Source of the DNA: an uncultured Chloroflexia bacterium
GTDB taxonomy: Bacteria; Chloroflexota; Limnocylindria; Limnocylindrales; CSP1-4
Length of the DNA stretch: 64,000 nt
Assembly: GCA_963707215.1 (NCBI GenBank)
Contig: CAVPPB010000001.1
Span: 288,001-352,000 of the forward strand
Reading direction: 5' to 3'
Of this stretch, positions 9,464 through 16,832 are shown in pieces; position 1 is the stretch's first letter, and each line of letters starts with the position of its first letter. The translations under genes were made by a program, and so were the position numbers. The notes under the pieces were generated by a model. The model saw only the letters and a program-made list of their open reading frames with translations. It ran no database searches and was not told the DNA's origin.

Positions 9464-10990
9464 GTGACCACCGAGACCAGGCAGACGGCGACGCTGCCGA
9501 TCCTGAGCCACTGGATCGACGGACGACCCGTCGAGGTCCTGCCGGACAGAACCGGGCCGATCTACAACCCCGCTACCGGCGAGGTGATCGCCCGGGTGCC
9601 GCGGGGCGGCAGCACGGAGGTGGACGCCGCGGTCGCGGCGGCCACGGCCGCCTTCCCGGCTTGGCGCGACACGCCGCTCATCGCCCGGAGCCAGATCTTC
9701 TTCGCCTTCCGCGAGCTGCTGTTCAAGCACCGCGAGGAGCTGGCCGCGCTGATCACCCGGGACCACGGCAAGACCTATCCGGACGCGTTCGCCGAGGTCT
9801 CGCGCGGCATGGAGACCGTCGAGTTCGCCTGCGGCCTGCCGGTCCACCTGGCCGGCATGAACACGCCGAACGTGTCGACGAGCGTCGATGCCTTCACCCT
9901 CCGCCAGCCGCTCGGCGTGGCCGCTGGCATCACGCCCTTCAACTTCCCGGCGATGGTCCCCATGTGGATCTACCCGATCGCCATCGCCTGCGGCAACACG
10001 TTCATCTGGAAGCCGTCGTCGCACACGCCCGGCGCCACCCAGCTCCAGGCCGAGCTGTGGAAGGAAGCCGGCCTGCCGGACGGGGTCTTCAACGTCGTCT
10101 ACGGTGGCCGCGAGGCCGTCCAGGCCATCGTCGAGCACCCCGGCATCGACGCCATCCAGTTCGTCGGCTCGACGCCGGTGGGCCGCTACGTCTACGAGAC
10201 CGGGACGAAGCTCGGGAAGCGGGTCGGCGCCTTCACGTCGGCCAAGAACGCGATGATCGTCCTGCCCGATGCCGACATGGAGCTGACCGCGGACAGCGCC
10301 GTCGCCTCCGGCTACGGCTCCGCCGGGGAGCGCTGCATGGCCCAGACCCTGGTCATCGCGGTCGGTGATACGGCCGAGCGCTTGCGCCCGCTCATGGAGG
10401 AGCGGATCGCCAACCTCAAGATCGGCCCCGGGATGGAGCCCGGCGTCGACATGGGGCCGATCTACTCCAAGGAGCACCGAGAGTCGATCCTCGAGTGGAT
10501 CGACGTCGGCATCGGCGAGGGGGCCGAGCTCGTGGTGGACGGCCGGCCGTTCCACCATCCCGAGCAGCCCGACGGCTACTTCCTCGGCGTCTCCCTCTTC
10601 GACAACGTCACCCCGGACATGAAGATCTACCAGGAGGAGATCTTCGGGCCGGTCCTCGGTATGGTCCATGCGGCGACGTTCGACGAGGCGCTCGGGCTCA
10701 TCAACGCCCACAAGTACGCCAACGGCACCGCCATCTTCACGACCGACGGCGGCGCGGCTCGACGCTTCAAGCTCGAGGTCGACGTGCCGATGATCGGCGT
10801 CAACGTGCCGATCCCGGTGCCGGCCGGCTATCTCTCCTTCAGTGGCGCCAAGGAGTCGGCCCTGGGCGACCTGGCGATGCGCGGCGAGGACGGCATCCGC
10901 TTCTTCACCAAGCAGAAGGAGGTCACCGAGCGCTGGCCGGAGCCCGGCCGGCGACCAGGCCTCAGCCTCGTCTTCCCCAGCAACAGCTAG
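9464..10990 (+). CDS. CoA-acylating (methyl)malonate-semialdehyde dehydrogenase-like aldehyde dehydrogenase (MmsA/IolA family)
   Basis: GITPFNFPAM, FVGSTP, AKN, AGERCMA (catalytic Cys), EEIFGPV and GVNVPIPVP. GGAGG RBS. Confidence 0.92.
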   Translation: MTTETRQTATLPILSHWIDGRPVEVLPDRTGPIYNPATGEVIARVPRGGSTEVDAAVAAATAAFPAWRDTPLIARSQIFFAFRELLFKHREELAALITRDHGKTYPDAFAEVSRGMETVEFACGLPVHLAGMNTPNVSTSVDAFTLRQPLGVAAGITPFNFPAMVPMWIYPIAIACGNTFIWKPSSHTPGATQLQAELWKEAGLPDGVFNVVYGGREAVQAIVEHPGIDAIQFVGSTPVGRYVYETGTKLGKRVGAFTSAKNAMIVLPDADMELTADSAVASGYGSAGERCMAQTLVIAVGDTAERLRPLMEERIANLKIGPGMEPGVDMGPIYSKEHRESILEWIDVGIGEGAELVVDGRPFHHPEQPDGYFLGVSLFDNVTPDMKIYQEEIFGPVLGMVHAATFDEALGLINAHKYANGTAIFTTDGGAARRFKLEVDVPMIGVNVPIPVPAGYLSFSGAKESALGDLAMRGEDGIRFFTKQKEVTERWPEPGRRPGLSLVFPSNS

Positions 10991-11019
10991 CCACCTGAAC
11001 GCTCCTACGTCCCCGCACG

Positions 11020-11097
11020 GCCCGGGAGCCTCCCCCCAGCTCCCGGGCACGGCGGGGCTTCGCCGTCCAGCTGCCTCGGGCCGCCGGCGGCCCGAGG
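11020..11097 (+). terminator. Three consecutive GC hairpins after the aldehyde dehydrogenase (terminator/attenuator-like)
   Basis: GCCCGGGAGC/GCTCCCGGGC (11020-11048), ACGGCG/CGCCGT (11049-11066) and a perfect 24-bp palindrome (11074-11097). No U-tract. Confidence 0.45.
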
Positions 11098-11107
11098 AGG
11101 GCGCTTC

Positions 11108-12019
11108 ATGACCGACGCTGATCGGCTGCGCCAGGTCCTCGGGCCTCGCGGCATCTGGGTGAACCTCGACACGATCCCGGCCGCCGAGGCCGTCGCCTTC
11201 GCTCGCCTCGTCGAGGACCTCGGCTTCGGGGCCCTCTGGGTCAACGAGTCCACCGGCCGCGAGCCGTTCGCCTTCCTCGGGGCGCTGGCCCAGGAGACGT
11301 CACGGTTGACCCTTGGCGTGGGGATCGCGGCCACGCACGCTCGCGACGCGGTCGCTGCCCACAGCGGCGCGCGGACCGTCGCCGAACTGTCCGGCGGCCG
11401 GTTCGTCATGGGACTCGGGGTGTCGCATCGCTCCTCGGCCGGCCGTCGTGGCCACGGGTACGGGCCGCCACTGCCGGCCATGACCGCCTACCTCGACGCC
11501 TACGACGAGGCGCCATGGACCGGACCGGCGGTCGACGAGCCGCCGCTCGTGGTGGCCGCGCTCGGTGACCGGATGCTGGACCTGGCGGCGACCCGTGCCG
11601 ACGGCGCCTTCCCGTTCCTGGTGACCCGGGACCGGGTCGCCCACGCGCGCCGGGTGCTCGACACTGCCGCGGCGGCCGCCGGACGCGCGGATCGCCCGGT
11701 CCTGGTCGTGTCACAGAAGGCGATCCTCGGCTCCGGTTCCGCCGTCCAGGAGACCGCTCGCGCGACCGTGGCCCGGTACCTGGCCCAACCCGCCTACCGC
11801 AACAACCTCATCCGCGGTGGCTTCAGCGAAGCGGACATCGACGTGGTCGCCGATCACGTGGTGCAAGCACTCGTCGCCACTGGCGGGCCCGAGGACCTGC
11901 GAGCGCGGGTCGCGACGATGCACGATGCCGGGGCCGACCACGTCGCGGTCATCCCCTTTTCGGTCGAGGGCCGACCGGCCGACCCGGCAACGACCAGGGC
12001 GGTCGCGCCCACGTCGTGA
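11108..12019 (+). CDS. LLM-class (probably F420-dependent) oxidoreductase
   Basis: GFGALWVNE, LGVGIA, GRFVMGLGVSH, AALGDRML and GADHV, typical of luciferase-like F420 oxidoreductases. Confidence 0.88.
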   Translation: MTDADRLRQVLGPRGIWVNLDTIPAAEAVAFARLVEDLGFGALWVNESTGREPFAFLGALAQETSRLTLGVGIAATHARDAVAAHSGARTVAELSGGRFVMGLGVSHRSSAGRRGHGYGPPLPAMTAYLDAYDEAPWTGPAVDEPPLVVAALGDRMLDLAATRADGAFPFLVTRDRVAHARRVLDTAAAAAGRADRPVLVVSQKAILGSGSAVQETARATVARYLAQPAYRNNLIRGGFSEADIDVVADHVVQALVATGGPEDLRARVATMHDAGADHVAVIPFSVEGRPADPATTRAVAPTS

Positions 12020-12089
12020 CCCGACGACCGCGGTGTCCGGCCGGGCGACACGACGACGAGCAGATGTCGTTCCCGGCCCTCCCCGGCCG

Positions 12090-12128
12090 TTGACCGCCAC
12101 CCGGCCTCGCCGTATCCTCGATAATCGA
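12090..12128 (+). promoter_or_regulatory. Sigma70 promoter TTGACC-N17-TATCCT with operator TCGATAATCGA (copy 3, 12118-12128)
   Basis: Near-consensus -35 and -10 at 17-bp spacing. The palindrome starts on the last base of the -10. Confidence 0.8.
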
Positions 12129-12205
12129 TTGTCCAGGATCGTCCCACGGTTCGACGGCCCGGCACCCCAGGGTCCCGGCGAGCTCGGTCCAGTCGAGGTG
12201 CACCG

Positions 12206-12574
12206 ATGATCAAGCGCGTGGCGCGTTCGGACGCGGATGTCGTGCCGCTCCCCGGAAGGGACTGGCACACCTACATCGGCCCGCAGAACACCCCGACCGA
12301 GCGCGTCTCGCTCGGCGTGTCCGTCTTCCCGCCGGGCTCGCGGCCCGAGGGCCACGTCCACGACACCCAGGAGGAGACGATCTACTGCGCCGCCGGGCGC
12401 GGCCGGATCGTCACCCCCGACGCCGTCGCCGAGGTCGAGGCCGGCGTCACGGTCTGGGTCCCCCCGGGCACCTTCCACGCCACCGAGTCCGACGGCCCGG
12501 AGCCCCTCGAGCTGGTCTGCTTCTTCTCGCCGCCGGTCGTGCCCGGGTCGTACGAGAAGGGGGCCGGCTCGTGA
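12206..12574 (+). CDS. Cupin domain protein
   Basis: HVHDTQEETIY...G and PPGTFH cupin metal motifs. Confidence 0.88.
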   Translation: MIKRVARSDADVVPLPGRDWHTYIGPQNTPTERVSLGVSVFPPGSRPEGHVHDTQEETIYCAAGRGRIVTPDAVAEVEAGVTVWVPPGTFHATESDGPEPLELVCFFSPPVVPGSYEKGAGS

Positions 12575-13470
12575 GCGACTCCCCCACCCCGGCCGCGGTG
12601 CTCGACCCCTCGGAGCTGGCCGCCCTCGAGGAGACGGCCCGACGCATCCGGGTCCAGATCGTGCGGACCGTCGACCACGCCAAGGGCGGCCACCTCGGTG
12701 GGCCGCTCTCGGCTGCCGACATCCTGGCCGCCCTCTACTTCCGGATCATGCGCGTGCGACCCGAGGAGCCGACCTGGCCCGACCGCGATCGGCTGATCCT
12801 GTCGAAGGGTCACTCGTCGATCGGCCTCTACGCGGCGATGGCCCTGCGCGGCTACCTCCCGCTGGAGGAGCTGGCCACCTTCGACGCCGTCCACTCCCGG
12901 CTGCAGGGGCATCCCGACATGAACCTCCTGCCGGGGCTCGACATGTCCACCGGGTCGCTGGGCATGGGCATATCGGCCGGCGTCGGGATGGCGCTCGGCG
13001 CGCGACTCACCGGCCGGGATTGCCGGACCTTCGTCATCCTCGGGGACGGCGAGTGCCAGGAGGGCGAGGTCTGGGAGGCCGCGATGGTCGGCTCGCGCTA
13101 CGGCCTCGACAACCTCATCGCCATCGTCGACCACAACAAGCTCCAGCAGTACGGCTGGCCGGGCGCATCGGCCGAGCACCGCCGTCCACCCGAGGAGCCC
13201 GGCGAGCTGGTCGCCAAGTGGTCAGCCTTCGGCTGGCGGGTCCTCGAGACGGACGGCCATGACATGACGGCGGTCGTCCGGACGCTCGAGTCGGCGACGG
13301 TCCCGGATGGACGCCCGGTCGCCGTCGTCGCCCATACGATCAAAGGCCGGGGGGTCTCCTTCATGGAGGATCGCTACTACTGGCACACCCGGATCCTCAA
13401 GCCGGAGGAGTTCGAGCAGGCGATGGCCGAGCTCGGCGAGCCGGCCGCTCCTGAAGGAGACCGGCGATGA
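12571..13470 (+). CDS. Transketolase, N-terminal (TPP-binding) subunit of a split enzyme
   Basis: GGHLGG, DRLILSKGH, LQGHP, STGSLG, GDGECQEG..WEA and TIKGRG. Confidence 0.93.
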   Translation: MSDSPTPAAVLDPSELAALEETARRIRVQIVRTVDHAKGGHLGGPLSAADILAALYFRIMRVRPEEPTWPDRDRLILSKGHSSIGLYAAMALRGYLPLEELATFDAVHSRLQGHPDMNLLPGLDMSTGSLGMGISAGVGMALGARLTGRDCRTFVILGDGECQEGEVWEAAMVGSRYGLDNLIAIVDHNKLQQYGWPGASAEHRRPPEEPGELVAKWSAFGWRVLETDGHDMTAVVRTLESATVPDGRPVAVVAHTIKGRGVSFMEDRYYWHTRILKPEEFEQAMAELGEPAAPEGDRR

Positions 13471-14411
13471 CACTTCCGATGGGCCGGGCCATGCGCGAGG
13501 TCTTCGGCGAGACCGTCGCCGCCATGGCCGACGACGACCCGCGGATCGTCATGCTCGACGGCGACCTGGGCAGCTCGACGAAGGGCGACATGTTCGAGCG
13601 CGCCCACCCCGAGCGCTTCCTGCCGATGGGCATCGCCGAGCAGAACATGCTCGGCGTCGCAGCCGGACTGGCCACGATGGGCCTCATCCCCTACATCAGC
13701 ACGTTCGTGTCGTTCGCCCTGATCCGGCCGCTCGACCAGATCCGGGTCCTCATCGCCCAGACCGGGCTGCCCGTCAAGATCACCGCCGGCTACGCTGGGC
13801 TGTTCACCGGGATGGCCGGCAAGACCCACCAGATCGTCGACGACATCTCGATCGCCCGGGCGATGCCGGGCATCGTCGTCGTCTCGCCGGCCGACGACGT
13901 GGAGGCGGCCCAGGTGCTCCGCTGGAGCGCCGAGCATCCCGGACCGGTCTACATCCGGCTCGTCCGCGACGCGACCCAGCGCCTGTTCGACGAGTCGTAC
14001 CGGTTCACGTTCGGCGAGGCCGTCGTGGTCCGCCCCGGAAGCGACGTCACGCTCATCAGCACGGGAGCCCAGACGCCGCGAGTCGTGGATGCCGCGGATA
14101 TCCTCGCGGCGAGCGGCATCGACGCCCATGTCGTCCACCTGCCGACGATCAAGCCGATCGACGTGGCGGGGGTCGTGGCTGCCGCGGACCTGACCGACCG
14201 GGTCGTGACCGTCGAGGAGCACACCGTCCTGGGCGGGCTCGGCGGGGCCGTCGCCGAGGTCCTCTCGGAGCATCGGCCGACCCGGGTCGCCCGGGTCGGG
14301 TTGCCGGACATCTACACCGAGTCGGGACCCAACGACGCCCTGCTCGACCTGTACGGCCTCTCCGCGGAACGGGTGGCCGACCAGGTCCGGCGGACGCTCG
14401 ACGCCGACTGA
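13467..14411 (+). CDS. Transketolase, C-terminal subunit of a split enzyme
   Basis: GIAEQNM, GKTHQ, GPVYIR, TIKPID and EEH..GGLG. ATGA overlap with the N-terminal subunit. Confidence 0.93.
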   Translation: MTLPMGRAMREVFGETVAAMADDDPRIVMLDGDLGSSTKGDMFERAHPERFLPMGIAEQNMLGVAAGLATMGLIPYISTFVSFALIRPLDQIRVLIAQTGLPVKITAGYAGLFTGMAGKTHQIVDDISIARAMPGIVVVSPADDVEAAQVLRWSAEHPGPVYIRLVRDATQRLFDESYRFTFGEAVVVRPGSDVTLISTGAQTPRVVDAADILAASGIDAHVVHLPTIKPIDVAGVVAAADLTDRVVTVEEHTVLGGLGGAVAEVLSEHRPTRVARVGLPDIYTESGPNDALLDLYGLSAERVADQVRRTLDAD

Positions 14412-14469
14412 GTGGCCACCGAGCCCAAGGCGGTCGCCACAGCGAACGAGCGGCCCGCGAGGGAGCCGG

Positions 14470-15189
14470 TCAGTCCTCCGTCGTGGACCCGGCTCCGGCT
14501 GCCCGGGTCCCGGCCATCGCCGGACCCTCGGTCTCTCGGGCCCATCCGCGGTCGAGCTTCGCGGCCGCATCGACGAAGTGGCGCCGGAGCACCCGGTCGA
14601 GGAGCTCGGGGTCGCGGCGACGGATCGCATCGAGGATCGGCTCATGGAGATCGGCGATCTCGACGGGATCGACGCCAGGCACGAGCAGCGTGATGTACGT
14701 CCGAGAGAACGGTTCGAGGGCCTGCCAGACACGGACCAGGGTTGCATTCCCGGACATCGCCAGGATGGCGCCGTGGAAGGCCGCGTCGTTGAGCGCGAGC
14801 TCGTGACGATCCTTGGCCCGGGCCGCCCGATGCATCGCCTCGAGACGCCCGGCCAACGCGCTGACGTCGTCCTCATCGATCCGCTCGACCGCGAGCTTGG
14901 CGCCGTACGATTCCAGTTCGGCCCGGACCGTGAAGGCCTCCAGCAGCTCATCCGTCGTGGGTCGGCGGACCCGGGCGCCACGGAACGGCTCGATCTCGAC
15001 GACCCCGGTGGCTTCGAGCCCGCGGAGCGCCTCCCGGACCGGTGCCTGGCTGACCCCGAGCTCCCGGGCCACGCGCGTTTCGATGATCCTCGAATCGGGC
15101 GGGTAACGGCCGGTGAGGATGTCCTGGAGCAGGCGGTCCTTGACCTGGTCTGCGAGGACGCTGCGGGCGATCATGCCGTCTCCGGCCAT
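14470..15189 (-). CDS. GntR family (FCD) transcriptional regulator, paralog of 5308-6045
   Basis: Shares RSVL.DQVKDRLL, SQAPVREALR and LEPFSRTYITL with the first GntR. Confidence 0.93.
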   Translation of the reverse strand: MAGDGMIARSVLADQVKDRLLQDILTGRYPPDSRIIETRVARELGVSQAPVREALRGLEATGVVEIEPFRGARVRRPTTDELLEAFTVRAELESYGAKLAVERIDEDDVSALAGRLEAMHRAARAKDRHELALNDAAFHGAILAMSGNATLVRVWQALEPFSRTYITLLVPGVDPVEIADLHEPILDAIRRRDPELLDRVLRRHFVDAAAKLDRGWARETEGPAMAGTRAAGAGSTTED

Positions 15190-15308
15190 CGGGTCACCTC
15201 TGGGACCTGGCGTGGTCTCGGCCCGACGCCTGCCACGCGATCGGTCGCGCGAACGTACCCGGCCTCGACATCCGGCCTGGCCCGAGTCTACCGCGTGCTG
15301 GTCGTCGC

Positions 15309-16178
15309 GTGATGCGGGCGATGGTCCAGGCCGACCTCATCCCGGTCATCGACGGCGACTGGGTCGTCTGGGCCTTCTCGGATCCCCACGGGGTGACCTC
15401 GGGGTTCGTCACCGCGCTCAGCGAAGCCGGGCTGATCGACGCTGAGCTCCGCTGGAGTGCCCCACCGCGGACCGCGCTCGTGGGCTGCGGGGACTACATC
15501 GACCGAGGGACGGACTCACCCGGCCTCGTGGCGCTGCTCCGGCGCCTCGAGGTCGAGGCCGCCGCCGGCGGCGGGCGGGCCGTCTTCGCCCGCGGCAATC
15601 ATGAGCAGACCCTGCTCCACATCGGGGCCGGCCACGACGAGCTGCTTGAGACCTGGCTGTTCTACGGGGGCCAGGCGACGCTCGATGCCTTCGGCTGCCC
15701 CGCGGCCGATCCACCAGATCCGGCTGCCTCGGTGCGGGCGATCGAGGCGGCCGCCCCGGGGATCCTCGGCTGGCTGGCTGCCATGCCCCAGGCGGTCCGC
15801 TGGCGGGACGTGCTCTTCGTCCACGGCGGGTTGCCGCCCTGGTCGGCGCCGGGCGAGCTCGGGCTCACGACCGAGGAGCACCTCATGATCCGGTCCGACT
15901 TCTTCGACACCCCCTGGTCCACCGAGGCCTTCCACCACTACGAGCGCGAGGGCATCGGCCGAGTCGTCTTCGGGCACACGCCCGGCCCCGACGGGCCGCG
16001 GATCCTCCAGGACGGTCGCCTCCTCTGTCTCGACTCGAACGCCGCTGGCAGTCCGCAGCTGCCAGCCGAGGCGAGGTCGATGATCAGCCTCGTCCGCCTG
16101 GACGGGCCGCTGCCCTTCGATCGCGCCGCGCTCGTCCTCGTCCCGACCCACGATGCTCCCGAGCGGGCACCGCGCTGA
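15309..16178 (+). CDS. Calcineurin-like metallophosphoesterase (PPP/ApaH-like)
   Basis: SDPHG, GDYIDRG, RGNHE, VHGG and FGHT. True start may be ATG 15321. Confidence 0.88.
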   Translation: MMRAMVQADLIPVIDGDWVVWAFSDPHGVTSGFVTALSEAGLIDAELRWSAPPRTALVGCGDYIDRGTDSPGLVALLRRLEVEAAAGGGRAVFARGNHEQTLLHIGAGHDELLETWLFYGGQATLDAFGCPAADPPDPAASVRAIEAAAPGILGWLAAMPQAVRWRDVLFVHGGLPPWSAPGELGLTTEEHLMIRSDFFDTPWSTEAFHHYEREGIGRVVFGHTPGPDGPRILQDGRLLCLDSNAAGSPQLPAEARSMISLVRLDGPLPFDRAALVLVPTHDAPERAPR

Positions 16179-16179
16179 T

Positions 16180-16695
16180 TCAGCCGGTCTCGGCCTCGAG
16201 GCGCTTGACCGCAGCCTCCCATGTCCCCGGGTCGGCCAGGGGCGCCAGGTCGGCGATCACCAGTTCGATCTGGGCCATGCAGCCGTCCCGCCAGCGGCCG
16301 CTCTCGATGAAGGCGTCGTGCTGGCCGGGCGCACGCAGGTCGATGCCGATCAGGTCGCGGCAGGCGACCGAGCCGTGGCGCTCGACGAAGCGGTCCATCG
16401 CCTCGGCCACGACCGCCCTGGCCACCCGTTTGGCCCGGCGATGATCGACCAGCCGGCGCTCGGCCAGGATGCCGACCGCGAGCGCTGCGCCGGAGATCGC
16501 GCCGCAGACACCGCCGCTGTAGGCGACGCCGCCGTTGAGGACCATGGCAGGGGCCGAGCTGGTGACCTCGTCCAGGCCGTACGACTCGGCCAGGGCCAGG
16601 TAGGCCGATTCCGCGCAGCCGTAGGCGCCGTCCGAGTCGAGGAAGAGGCGCCTGGCTCGGGCGACAGCGCTGGGATGCGGTCCGTCATCGGCCAT
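16180..16695 (-). CDS. C-GCAxxG-C-C family putative redox protein
   Basis: YGCAES, GGVCGAISG, GSVACRDL and a final Cys. Start MADDG at 16695 after AAGGA. Confidence 0.85.
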   Translation of the reverse strand: MADDGPHPSAVARARRLFLDSDGAYGCAESAYLALAESYGLDEVTSSAPAMVLNGGVAYSGGVCGAISGAALAVGILAERRLVDHRRAKRVARAVVAEAMDRFVERHGSVACRDLIGIDLRAPGQHDAFIESGRWRDGCMAQIELVIADLAPLADPGTWEAAVKRLEAETG

Positions 16696-16731
16696 CGAGG
16701 TCCTTCCCGCTCCCGGCCGGGGCACCGTTCG

Positions 16732-16770
16732 TTGACCAGTGCCCGACCCCTGCGTATATTCGATAATCGA
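16732..16770 (+). promoter_or_regulatory. Sigma70 promoter TTGACC-N17-TATATT with operator TCGATAATCGA (copy 4, 16760-16770)
   Basis: Same -35 hexamer, spacing and operator placement as the cupin/transketolase promoter. Confidence 0.8.
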
Positions 16771-16832
16771 TGATACCGCCGGCGACACCGGCCATTCCCG
16801 GCCCGCGGTGGGCCCGACCCAAGGAGACCGAC

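Noticed and set aside
8329-14411. Assignment to known sulfoglycolysis (sulfo-TAL/TK), apiose or inositol pathways
   Set aside because: No sulfoquinovosidase, SQ isomerase, apiose isomerase/kinase or iolBCDE genes are in the window, so it cannot be assigned from sequence.
16180-16695. Selenocysteine read-through in the C-GCAxxG-C-C protein (and the YHS protein at 34205)
   Set aside because: All motif positions are Cys, and the TGA codons fall at natural C-termini abutting convergent genes.
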